Below are positions 45,162 through 60,861 of a stretch of DNA of 64,000 nucleotides, one piece after another (position 1 is the first letter of the stretch; every line of letters starts with the position of its first letter). The notes under the pieces were generated by a model. The model searched no databases. It was given only the letters and a program-made list of their open reading frames with translations, and was not told where the DNA came from. A program made the position numbers and the translations under genes. The stretch is from Trichosphaerium sp. ATCC 40318 (lineage: Eukaryota; Protista; Tubulinea). The stretch lies in contig JALMLS010000013.1 in the NCBI GenBank assembly GCA_038496445.1, positions 138,778-202,777 on the forward strand, written 5' to 3'.

Positions 45162-47275
45162 ATGGTATCCCAAAGTCCGAAACAGTATTGTGAGCTACAA
45201 CATGGTATCTAACTATTAATACAGGAGCGACGATCTTATTTTTAGTGTTTACTTCAATATTTATTTACAATACCGCTGGTCTCCTTGAAATACAAAGCCC
45301 TTTGCAGTTAAAGGGAGTATACAAATCAGTTGGTCACGTGATTGGTTCGGTAGAAGAAAATTGGGACAAACGAAATATTACGCTCGTACGCAGTGACTTC
45401 CATGATGTAGCAGGTGCGTTCGTTTTAGTCGTATAAATTTTTGTGGCATACTTTCCGATAAATGTGTTTATTAGGCAAAGCAGTAATTATAGAAAGCGAC
45501 TCGAATGATTTCGAACAAGAGTACGCGGAGCATCCAAACTTGCAAAGGAAAATCAAATGCTCGTAAAAAACGGAGAAATAAGGAAATTAATACGTGGCAT
45601 GGGCAAAAAAAAGAGAGCCTTGTTGTCACGTGTTTCCCAGTTTTCTTTTTTGCAAGACGGGAATTTACTTTGTGTAAATTTTCAATCATTAATGAGTTTT
45701 TAGTGCGCTTAGTCTTCAACGAGAGGGTGCTACACTTATTATATATGTAGTTAGACGCAATGTAAACTTAGGTAACACAGAGTCTGTTTTTTTCTTTATA
45801 CTGTATTACTTCAGTGTTTTTTCCTTGCTGTGTACTGTATTCACTCTAAAAGGTCTTGTATCGTATCTGCTTCGATACCCTCAAAAAAGTAAAGGCTTAA
45901 ACATCCCAGTTGTAACTACATACAAAGACGCTTTCGATCCGGCACTACTAAACAACACTGAAACCGCTTTTGGGACAGTATATCCAGGTACTACAGAATC
46001 GTTTCATACTCGCGGAGTACAATAAAAAAACTAACATAATTGTATTTCAAGATTTCAATTCATTTCAACATGTATTTAATCATTGGGGCTACTATCTCAC
46101 TATTTTCTTACTTATATCATACACAACCTTTTGCTTTGGCGTTGCTGTTTGTATACTATGGCAACATATATTTTTTCGATCTAAAACTAACACATTCATA
46201 ACAATACCTATTGTTTGTTTGGGGTTTGAAGCAATCGCCAATTTCCGTGAGTTGTATAATTGGATATCTTTCTTCTTTTTTGCTGACAGTTTGTTTTTAG
46301 TGCGGATTCTATTTTTAGTTGATCCTTTCCAAGGATTACACATATATCCGCACCTTTTCCAACAGGCTCTAACGTCAGCTTCGGTACCATTCTCGTTGGC
46401 AAGTGCTCTATTAGTGACTATGTACTGGTACACAACTTTTTTTCAATTCGTTCTGTGTTAAAGTTACTGTCGTCTGTTCCCAGTTTTGCCTTACTATTTT
46501 TCTGTTCAAGGCATGAATCTATTTACAATAAAGCAGTGAAGGTGGCTACATTCCTACAAAAGACAAAGATTGCTTTTATTTGCATCATAGTAGCTTTGTT
46601 CGTGTTCTTTATTTTGTCGAGTTTATCAAGAACAATATTCTCAGGTAGCCTATCAACCGCATTTACAGTATTTAATTGGGTACAACTGAACATTTAAAAA
46701 AGCACGTATTGATTGTTGTAGACCATAATTCTTGGATCAATTGGTGTTATTGTTGTATACGGTTTAATAGTATGTCGTACACTGATTATATTCAGCAAGG
46801 ATACAACAATTAAATTACATCGATTAAACATGGCACGTGAATGAGCTTCTTTTACTTCTCTGTCTATAAGGTCGAAGTTGTTTTTTCTTACTTTTCATTG
46901 TAGATGCGTATTCGTCTTTACACTTTTTGTACACTCCAAGTATTGTTCTTCTTTTCTATAATTGGTGTGGCAGCTGTTATATGTACAATAACTCTTATTT
47001 GAATATCCTGTTTATTACTCACTTTTCTATTGGTAGCTCTTAAAGCAGAAGCCGGTTGGTTTGTTACTGTTGTGATGATGTACATATTTATCCTTGACAC
47101 ACTTTCACTTGTCCAGAGTATACCTTTATGGATGGCTAATAGACGGAGACTACATACTTCAAAGTATGCAAATCATGGAACAGGGCGTGCTACAAGTCTC
47201 AGTACAGTACGGGCTACCGAATCTATTTGTAATACTCCAGCAAAAATGTGTGTTCAAACTACACAAAAACAATAA
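45162..47275 (+). CDS. Signal peptide + ectodomain + ~7-TM membrane protein (GPCR-like), copy A, spliced
   Basis: Hydrophobic exons (YYLTIFLLISYTTFCFGVAVCIL; IPIVCLGFEAIANF|RILFLVDPF; PFSLASALLVTMYW|HE; IAFICIIVALFVFFIL) joined by GT/GC-AG introns. Confidence 0.72.
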
Positions 47276-47823
47276 ATAGTATAACCCTGCTGGAACATAA
47301 AAATTAGTATTGTAGTCGGAAGCAAGTTTGTGGGGAAAGACAAGAAATGTACAAATCTGCAGGTACACTTTGAGGTTTGATAGAGTTTACAGCTCTCCAA
47401 CTTGTGACAATACTGTCAAGACAAAGGCGTTTGAAGGGTAAAAGCTCTTGTGTTCTGGTATTTCATAGCGTTTGCATGTTTTGCTCTAGATTTGACTGCA
47501 TTTAAAATACAAAGGTTTAAACCCTTACCAGTTGTTTCACTAATTTGACTAAAGTATACACCAACATAGATGCCTATGTCTTTTTTTTTGAAATTTTATT
47601 TCTACAACTTTTCCGTTTAGATCACTATTAACACTTGTATGTACAATTTTTTGTGATTGCTTCTCTTGTATTTGTTCCGTTTTTTTTGTTTTTTTTTTTG
47701 GCTGTATCAATGTCCATCTTTTTGTTGAAAGTACTACAAGAGCTCTATGTATGCACCGTAAAAAATGAAAAGGAACATGTACATCATATCTCATTTTTGT
47801 CAGGAGCAATTTGTTTTTTTTTC

Positions 47824-49405
47824 TTAGTTTTTTCTTGAACCCACAGAAACACTTGTAAACTTATGCATCTCAGTGATTGTATCAGTACGATCTACCATGG
47901 AAAATAAATTCTTCTTCTCTACAACTGAAGGTGGGATATGAAGAAGAAAACCTAAAAAGGTACGTCTACGTGTAAGTAATTGCGAGTAATGAAAAACAAG
48001 TAAATAAAAAAAACCAACTTAAAATCATTTTAAATATGACTTAACATACCTATTGTTTCATCCGGCTTTTTTGCCTCCAGTATCCGATCTTTACAACACT
48101 TTAGAATAGCCATTGCTATTTTCATGATACCAGCCTTCCCTTCAAGGAATATCAAGTCCCTAACGAGCGTTTGAATAAAATAAGAAAAGGTAATGGCTTT
48201 TGGTATGTAAAAGTAGTCTAAAACGCGTTCATACCACATCGCTGTTACAGATTCAGTGTCCTTGAAGTTTGTAAAGAGTGTAAGAAACCATTTCGACGTA
48301 AACGTAGTGAGATCAATATCTTTCAGCGCCCTCCATACCCTACTCAGTGCCTTAGTAGCTATACAGAAAGCATTTTTTCAAAAAATAAAGAGGTTCATAC
48401 GCTGGTATTTCATCCTTTAACATTGCTTTAAACAGCTGAGTGTCATCTTTAAGACCAGCCAAGTTCTTTGTAGAGTATTAGAAAGCGCAGAATAAAATCA
48501 ACGAACGCGTAAATATGACAGTTTTACGTGTTGAATTCCAGTAGTACAAAACTTAACATACGGAGGTATAATACTCGTTTATATGCTTATCCATTAGCGC
48601 AACAAGGGTCCAAAAAGCTATTTCGAACTATTAGAGCTGATTTACGCAAAAAGCCAAAAAACCCGTTTGTATGTACGACCCGTTTGTTGTACGGGTCTAT
48701 CAGGCAATTAGAAAGAAACCAGCAAAGTTTCGGGAATAAATACGCCGGATTTTTTGAAAAGATAATGCGTACCATCCTTCTCCTCCACTTTGTTTAGTAG
48801 TAGCATACCCACAACGAAACTCATGCCCTTTAAAGTATGATTCAGTGAGAGGAATGTACTTTCTCTACATTTTGAGTAGCAAGAATTAAAAATGGTCTAT
48901 TACGCACCTGACAGTATCCTAGATCAGGGTTGAAGTATGAATAGGCGTTTAAAATTCGTTCTAGCTTTTCTTTACCCTACAGCAGTTTTAACGCGATTTT
49001 GGGCGTTTTACCGTTGTATTGACGCACGTCACCAGTTTTAAAGAGCTGTTCCGTTGGATAAGTCCGATTTTTGTCTAGTGTAATTTGATGATACCACTTG
49101 TTCTCTGGTTGATGACTCAGTACGTTGTAAGTATCGGGTGGGAACTGGTCTGCATAATATGACGTATCCAGCTAGTTTAATGGCGTTAATGTACAAGTTC
49201 GTAGGTTTTGAGGTACCAAGCGTTTCCACAAGCTATTTCTGGCTACGTGTGATGGTACATTACCAGTTATGATCATCAACCGCGCTCTCTCTGCCATAAG
49301 ATCATTGGCACGTATATTATGCGTATAATGACTTTTAGAGGCGGCTGCTTCGCTGTCATAAGAGCTCAGTTTGTTATACGGCGCTTCAGGCTTTTGGTTT
49401 GCCAT
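47824..49405 (-). CDS. TBC-domain Rab GTPase-activating protein (spliced)
   Basis: RNSLWKRL, QITLDKNRTYP (IxxDxxR), LNAYSYFNPDLGYCQ|GMSFVVGMLL, KWFLTLF, DLIFLEG. Confidence 0.9.
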
Positions 49406-49871
49406 CGTTATGCTCCGCTCGTGAATTGCTGTTTTATTTAAGTCGTCTCATCGCGTGAGAATTGATCAAACGCGACAAAAATTGTAGTATTTTGGGGCGC
49501 TAAGGTTCACATGATACCAAACTAGTTTGTAGATGATTTCTAAAGGTTTACCTCCGCAAAATTGTACAGTAACAATCAAGTGCTCTATTGTCGAGAGTCG
49601 ATGGTTTAAAAGGAGCACCTAACGTTCTTCCAAACAAATAGAATTTTGAATGATTACAAATATTGCTTTATTTGCCTTGTGGAATTCACGAAGTCGCAAC
49701 TATTTGTGTAGGAGTTTTTTAGTGCATTTATCAAACAATTTCAAGGCAGTAAATGAGCTGTTAATTTCAACCTATTGCTTAGATTTCGAACTTTATTTAG
49801 GTCAATTAGTGAACCATACGATTAGGTACAAGATACTCTTAGAAACAAACCGGTCGCAGCAAGCGACAGTT

Positions 49872-50245
49872 TAACCGTAAAATGGATATTCAAACAACCA
49901 CGAATATCCAGTGCTTTCAATCCAGCAGCAAGCAAGATGTCCAAAGCGTCTGTGCTGAAGCTTGTACATGCCAAACCTAGTACTTTAGCTCCTGCAAGAG
50001 CAATTCCCTGTAAGTAAGCAATTAGTCAAGTCAACTTCTGTAGCACCAGCAATGTATTCAAGCCCTTTGTCGGTAATACCAAGACAGTTTGCCAATCTAA
50101 TCTTGTGAACTCCTTGGAGAGTTTTCACAGCGTCATCTGTGATATTAGTACTCTCTAGCATGATAGTATGAACGCCAGCAAGAGCTTGAACGCCCTTGTT
50201 GGTAACTTGGTGGCATTGGCTAATATCGATAGTATGTATACTTGT
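49872..50245 (-). pseudogene. Orphan short-LRR fragment (no F-box or start, frameshifted)
   Basis: HTIDISQCHQVTNKGVQALAGVHTIMLESTNITDDAVKTLQGVHKIRLANC..., a frameshift, then ...LLAAGLKALDIRGC. Confidence 0.8.
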
Positions 50246-50690
50246 TGTTTATTTCAGCGCAAGGACCGCATGTACATACGATCGATTCGCAATTGTATTG
50301 GCAAGATTGTTGTTGAGACATGATAAGGAGTTGATGGCTGTGATAGAATTGAATAAATGAACGCCAGTCACGATTATGCGAACAAGAGTGATTAAACGAG
50401 TTTGACACTTCTTTCAATCATTTGTTAAGTTTGGTTGAATTATAGAACTAGTTCGTGTGTATATGTAAGTGTTCCATTGCATTGCAGAATGTATAAGAAT
50501 TGTCAATTTTGATTGAAAAAAAATGTGTCATTCTGATTGATTAAGTCGTTTTCAGAAAAAAAGCATGATTGATTTGATGGATAGCTTGCCTTAAGTAGTG
50601 GGTTATTTTCTTGAAAGGCACCTGCATCTTAAAAGAGGCTTTTCTTTCGGGTTTTTTCATACGTGATTGATTCTAAATATACAACCTTTT

Positions 50691-52750
50691 TTATTTGTTT
50701 GGCTCAGTAATTTTTTTTGCGGGAGTGTTACAAATAGATTCAGTAGCCTGTATTGTACTGAGACTTGTAGCATTTACTGTTCCACGATTTACATACTGTG
50801 AGGTATGGACTCTCCGTCTATTAGCCATCCATAAAGGTATACTTTGGACAAGTGAAAGTGTGTCAAGGATAAATATGTACAACATCACGACAGTAACAAA
50901 CCAACCTGCTTCTGCTTTAAGAGCTACCAAAAAGAAATAGTAAGCAATAAACAGGATATTCAAATAAGAGTTACTGTACATATAACAGCCGCCACACCAA
51001 TTATAGAAAAGAAGAACAATACTTGGAGTGTACAAAAAGTGTAAAGACGAATACGCATCTACAATGAAAAGTAAGAAAAAACACACTTCGACCTTATAGA
51101 CAGAGAAGTAAAAGAAGCTCATTCACGTGCCATGTTTAATCGATGTAATTTAATTGTTGTATCCTTGCTGAATATAATCAGTGTACGACATACTATTAAA
51201 CCGTATACAACAATAACACCAATTGATCCAAGAATTATGGTCTACAACAATCAGTACGTGCTGTGCTAAATGTAAAGTTGTACCCAATTAATCCCTGTTA
51301 ATGAGCTTGATAGGCTACCTGAGAATACTGATCTTGACATACTCGATAAAATAAAGAATATGAACAGTGCTACTATGATGCAAATAAAAGCAATCTTTGT
51401 CTTTTGTAAGAATGGAGCCACCTTCACTGCTTTGTTGTGGATAGATTCATGCCTTAAATAACAAAATAGTAAGCCAAAACTGGGAACGGACGACAGTAGC
51501 TTTAACACAGAACGATTGAAAAAGGGTTGTGTACCAGTACATAGTCACTAATAGAGCGCTTGCCAACGAGAACGGCAATGAAGCTGACGTTAATATCTGT
51601 TGGAGTAAGTACGGGTATATACGGAACCCTTGGAAAGGATCAACTAAAAATAGAATCCGCACTAAAAACAAACAGTCAGCAAAAAAAGAAGAAAGATATC
51701 CAATTATTCAACTCACGGAAATTGGCGATTGCTTCAAACCCCAAACAGACAATAGGTATTGTTATGAACGTGTTAGTTTTAGATCGAAGAAGAATGTGTT
51801 GCAATAGTATACAAACAGCAACGCCAAAGCAAAAGGTTGTGTATGATATAAGTAAGAAAATAGTAAGATAGTAGCCCCAATTATTTAATACATGTTGAAA
51901 TGAATTGAAATCTTGAAATATAATTAGCACCACGAGTATGAAACGATTCTGTAGTACCTGGATATACTGTCCCAAAAGCGTTTTCAGTGTTGTTTAGCAG
52001 TGCCGGGTCAAAAGCGTCTTTGTATGTAGTTACAACTGGGATGTTTAAGCCTTTACTTTTTTGAGGGTATCGAAGCAGATACGACGCGAGACCTTTTAGA
52101 GTGAATACAGTACACAGCAAGGAAAAACAAAATCTATACTACCTAAGTTTATACTGCCAGTAACTACATATACAATAACTACAGCACCCCTTCGTTGAAG
52201 ATCAAAGGCACTAAAACTCATCAAAAAATGATTGAAAATTTTACGTAAAATTCCCTTCTTGAGCGGTAAAGTTAGAAAACTGGAAAACACTTAGACAAGG
52301 CGATCTTTTTTTTCGCAAATCACGTGTTAATATATCCGTGTAAATTTGGATGCTCCACGTACTCTTTTTCAAAGTCATTCGAGTCGCTTTCTATAATTAC
52401 TGCTTTGCCTAATAAAAAACAATTGTTTGTTGTTGGAAATTTATGCCACAAAAATAAATAGAACAAAATAAATAATAAAATAACCATATCGAGCGCACCT
52501 GCTACATCATGGAACTCACTGCGTACGAGCGTAATATTTCGTTTGTCCCAATTTTCTTCTACCGAACCAATCACGTGACCAACTGATTTGTATACTCCCT
52601 TTAACTGCAAAGGGCTTTGTATTTCAAGGAGACCAGCGGTATTGTAAATAAATATTGAAGTAAACACTAAAAATAAGATCGTCGCTCCTGTATTAATAGT
52701 TAGATACCATGTTGTAGCTCACAATACTGTTTCGGACTTTGCGATACCAT
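50691..52750 (-). CDS. ~7-TM membrane protein, copy B
   Basis: Paralogue of 45162..47275 in inverted orientation. Confidence 0.72.
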
Positions 52751-53599
52751 GCCAGTGAAGTAAATAAACTACAAGTTGAATTTAACTCTACTCAGGCCTA
52801 AGTGATTGCCAGGACTTAATGTCCGGAAAACATACAATCAATTCTGAGCAGGAAAAAACTAAACAGTACAAGTACGCAAGAACAAAGACTCAAATACAGT
52901 AACCCAGCTGCAAACTATTGGCATGAAATAAATGACACCAAACATGCCATAGCTACATCCCCAGCCAGAAAATCCCGTGACAGTATAAATAAGTATTTTA
53001 CTGGCGTTTGATAAGTGAGAGGTAGTTGTTTAAGTATGGTAGTATCGTAAAACAACGTAGCAGTTCTATACAATGGCAGATTACGATTCAATAAGTTGTT
53101 GTGTTGATTGATTGAATGCTTCCATTGATTTATGTAATTTGCTGTATATGTACAAGATAAATCCAATTTAATAAATGGGAAGGGTCTCTGGCTACGTGAT
53201 CCAGGGATCGAAGCTGAGTGAGACGCATTCTCTCCTCCAATCTGGTATTGTAGATCAACAAGAACGTGTGTATCAAACATGTTTTTGGTTCTCCTGATAA
53301 GAATCGAGCACCATAAAGACACTGTCGGTACCATTTCATTTGTAATTACAGAGTCTGTCGTGGTGCCTCAGGTAGTTCTAACTAGTTCAATTGTTTTATG
53401 TGTTTTTGTGAGTAGTTATACTCTAACAATACCTTCATTAAATGCATTCGGCCGAGATTTATGTGTTGTGCAGTGTACTTCTCGCAGTTATAGGCAATGA
53501 CATAGGACTTGTAGTTGTTGAAGTGGAACAAAAGGTTAACTTCAAAGTAAAACTGAAGCACGCTGGTTTTTTTCAAAGATACAATTATCTGTGCTATCG

Positions 53600-54230
53600 T
53601 ACCTTCTTTGAATTCGCCACTGTTGAATCACATACTTATACAAGAAGATCACAGCAAATTGCCATGCAAACTCAAAAGATTGTTATCGTTAGTGGCAATG
53701 ATGCTGTACGTTAAATTTGTACCTTATGTATGGAGAGATATTCCATAGTGCCAACTAGTAAGCTTAGCACTTATAAAAAAAGGTACTTGTAATCTGTAAA
53801 AAAGAGTTTATGCTTTGCTGAAGAAGGTTTCATTACAGCTGTTTCTTACCTGTATAGAGATATAAGATATTGGTATGATATAGTAAGAAGGAATGAGAGT
53901 AAGAATAACAGATCTTGAACCTATACTGAGAAAGCAACAGGCGAAACAAAAACAACCATGAAAGGAATACGTAGCAAAATCCCAGTAAGTTCTTGCCACT
54001 AGTAACTTGTGCTATGCTTAGAGCGGATCCATAAGTATACCTGAATACATTGAGTTTACATACAACATATATAGCAGCCCTTATATGACAAAGAATCATG
54101 AAAGCGCCCAAACAGTACGGCACAGGACCTTGAAAGAGTTGTTGCATCTTGTTTTTCTCCGGACTCAAAAAAGCCATGACGTTTGAAATGTCCACGTGTT
54201 TATAATCGTCGTAAGAAAGAGTTACTGTAA
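53600..54230 (-). other. Possible degenerate membrane-protein gene fragment
   Basis: Hydrophobic segments spread over different frames; no family recognised. Confidence 0.2.
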
Positions 54231-54573
54231 CAAATATTAACGGATATCTACCAACTGGGCTACTTTTTTTCGCCTAATGTATCGCAATATTGTTATTTCC
54301 GTACAATAACGTATAAACCCCAGCTGAATACCTTGGTATTATTTAAGCAAAAACAATTGCTGTTTTCTCTGAATGAAATCGCTTTTTAGTTTATTGATAA
54401 ACATTATTTGCCTAAGCAACACCCAAAAGGCATTGAAGTACCGTAACAATATAACGACAGTAACATGATGAAAGTGGAAACATTTAATAAACAAACATGG
54501 GAATTGAATACTATGTACAAACGCCACCTCTTTAGGATAAGCACCTCTTGTTTCCAGGAACTTGATTTGCTGC

Positions 54574-56231
54574 TTAAAAATAGGGGTTGATTCTACGTCG
54601 CTCAACTTTATCTGTATATCCCCAGACAGCATCGCGCATTGCTTTTATAATAGAATAATCCAACTTATCTTCTGCAAATTTACCACACTCTTCTGTAACA
54701 TTAGTACAACCAGTTAGATCAATTGTATGAACACCAACTAAAGCATTTACATCCTTGTCTGTAATATCTGTATGCTGTAAGTAAATTGTATGAACTCCCT
54801 TGAGTACTGATATACCAGTAACGATAGGACAATTGCAAAGATCAATGGTGTGAACACCAGCCAAAGATGAGAGATTTTTACCTGTAACACTCGTATCTGA
54901 AAGATCAATTGTATGAACACCTTTAAGTGCAAGAATGCTTTTATCTGTTATTTTAGTGCCACTAAGGTAAATAGTATGAACACCTTCAAGCGCTGTTACA
55001 CCTTTATCAGTTACACATGTGTAATTCAGGTTAATATTATGAACACCTTTGAGTGCTGTTATACCTTCATCAGTTACTTCAGTATTTTCTAGATCGATGA
55101 TATGAACACCTCCAAGTGCAAGGATGCCTCTATCTGTTATGTTACTATATTGCAGGTTAATAGTATGAACACCAGCAAGTGCCATAACACCTTCATCTGT
55201 TACTCTAGTATTTTGGAGGTTGATTGTGTGAACACCACCCAATGTTTTAATGCCTTCATCTGTTACGCCAGTATTAAAGAGGTCAATAGTGTGAACACCG
55301 TTTAGTTCTTTTAAGCCTTCGTCCAATAACCTGTCGCAGTTACTAAGATTTATAGTATGTACACCTTTTAGATAGGCAACATTTGTAACCCTGGTATGGT
55401 CAAGATTAATTGTATGTACACCAGCAAGGGCTTTGATGCCTTTATCTGAAAAATTCAAACTATAACTAAGGTCTACTGTATGTGCACCTGTTAGTTCCTG
55501 TATACCTTCATCGCTTACACGTGTTTCACTGAGGATGATAGTGTGAACGCCTTTAAGGGCATTAACATCAGTAACTTTTCTGCAACCTCTAAGATTAATC
55601 TCATGTACACCTTTTAGATAGGCAATGCCTTGATTTGTCACTGGAGTCTCTTCAAGATTAATTGTATGTACACCAGCAAATCCTTTGATGGCTTTATCTG
55701 ATGTATTTGTGAATGCAACACTGATAGTGTGGATACCAGGAAGATGAACTTCGTCAATTAAATCATACCCAAAATCAAGTTTTCTACATCCTGAAAACCA
55801 ATGGGTATTATTGTTGTGCTCCGCATCAATTGTTATCAGAGTGTTTGCCATTACACCTAGAGGATAGATAAATATACAAATATTGTATAAAACACGTGCT
55901 ATACATAGGCATAAAGCGCGACCTACCTTTGTAGTGACAAATAACCATTGCATCTTCTGGTGTGACTTGAGCAGTGACATAGCCAATGATGTTGTGTATA
56001 ATATCTGCGAATAACACACATGTCTGTGCTGCACTGTACGTGTATTGTAGAATCAAGCAAATAATCTCTGGTGGGAGGTCTAATAAACACGTTTTGGTTG
56101 CTTTTGGCCTTAATAATTGTCAGGTAGTGCAAAGCGATGACTATGTTCCGAAATATTTGAAAACCATACAAAACGTTTCGCAAAAAAAAAAGTGTCAAAA
56201 AAACTTGTCTATTCTACGCTGTAGGTTCCAT
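54574..56231 (-). CDS. F-box-like + short LRR protein with two 5' introns (56109-56217, 55857-55926); may extend N-terminally to 56669
   Basis: Spliced MEPTA|PKATKTCLLDLPPEIICLILQY..AAQTC..IIHNIIGY...HYK|GVMANT..., then about 17 LRRs. ORF 56214..56762 is in frame with MEPTA. Confidence 0.85.
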
Positions 56232-56278
56232 GAAATAGCTTGTCAATGGACCACTTTTAAAAAATGTGATTGGCGCAA

Positions 56279-56334
56279 TATCGCTTTTGAGACAGACACG
56301 GGAAACAAAAATTCTTTGTAATTTCTGAAACTGT
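56279..56334. mobile_element. Remnant related to the 32684 MITE
   Basis: ATCGCTTTTGAGACAG (TIR 16-mer) and AATTTCTGAAACTGT (right subterminal region) are identical to the MITE. Confidence 0.55.
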
Positions 56335-57261
56335 TTGGCGCGAAATATTTTTTGAATATGGAACGGTGATACGTACGGTGTTCGGAAGAGCTTTTTCGTT
56401 TGTATTTGTGGCGCTATGGAGTCTTCGCGGTTGTAGGTAGAGCGGGGGAGCGCTTTAGTAAAGTTTGAAAGTACTGTGGCTAACTTGGACTTTATTTCTG
56501 CTGCCGCAGAGGCAAGAACGCTATTAATCGCTCTAGTGACGTCACTATCAAACATTTCACGCTGTATTGGTGTTGCTGTTGATTTTATGTGTTGAAAATC
56601 GGTATTATGCGTTTGGAGATAGTATTCGTATGCTGAATGCAAATTAATTGGGAAAGGAGGGCTTTCCATTGTTGTACTTTGATTTACTAGGCTTAGCCAG
56701 GACTTAACGATTACACCAAAACTTTTCAAGTTTGTTGAAAGTAAAATAAGTTCAATGTTCATGTTAACAAATCGGTATTTGATTTCTTTTATCTATGGTT
56801 TAGTAAAGGCGCTTTTATTTGTGTCTTACTTTGTCAAGAGTCATATTGATTTAAGACACCCTATGGTAAGTTAACCTACAACAAAAAAACTGTTAAACTG
56901 AGCCTCAAACAAAGACGGAAAACGATTGAAATACGTGTAAAGATAGGGCGATTATGTGAACAAAGTAAAGCATACCATTGTTGTAACACATCAATTGTAA
57001 TCTGATGTAGTACAGATGCAGGACATGAAGCTTATTTAATCTTGAGTTTAATCTTACCAATGTCATTACAAGAGCAAGCAAAAAGCAAACTCACAAAATC
57101 AAAAAGTTGAAAATGCTTGTTCTGTCCTAATATCAGAGCATACGTCTGTGAGAACGGATATTTAAAACCATAAAGCCTGGTTTTAAAATTTACAAGGAAG
57201 GTATATTGGTAATATATGTTGAGACTCAGACAAAAACCATTAATTGAATAAAGGGTTGAGT

Positions 57262-60148
<2,887 letters not shown>

Positions 60149-60861
60149 CTTGAATACTCTACAATATGTTATTGGTTGTAGTTGCCGGCAAAAAATCTGA
60201 CAAACCAACAAAAGCTTATGAAACGGTAATTTGGATAAGAAATACGTTTTACGAAACACAGAGGTACTTTGATATTTGAATTAAAAGAAAACGCGCCAAC
60301 GATTTGTACCTTACGTCGCTATAGGCAATATTACAGTTAGAAGTAGCGATTTAGTGTAAAATTGACAAGTCACAGCTAAGTACGAGACCAAACAAGAGCT
60401 TTCTGAGACTTTTTTTTTTTTCAGCCAAAAAAAGGTTCGCGAATTATTGGTTCCTAATCTGATTTGTAGTTGCATCGCTACAATTACAGTGAAAACTAAG
60501 CGTATACGTCACTATCAAACAATCAAGACTACTACAAGCTCACTCTGCTAAAACTTCTCATAGCCACAACACCCATCACCCCCAATTAAGGTATAAGTGT
60601 TTTTTCAATACCCTGAGCACATGAATAAGACAACAGCCGAAACTACAAAAAATTTTACTTGAATTCGCGCTACTTTTTTTGTGTTTTTTGCGGAATTTAC
60701 GACGGACTACCGTCTTTGTCGGGCAAATTAATTCTCCAACAGAGCAAACTACATCACAATAGCAACATTTGATTCAAGCTAGTTTTTAGTTCACATTGTG
60801 CGCATTCTGATCTACGCGGAAACAACTGCACGTGTTGTTGTACTCTACTGCTTTATACGTG

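Larger units (their letters stand above)
45123..52789. repeat. ~2.1-kb inverted segmental duplication (45123-47275 vs 50691-52789) around a ~3.4-kb spacer
   Basis: Reverse-complement similarity over the full gene, including introns and the 5' flank. Confidence 0.93.
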
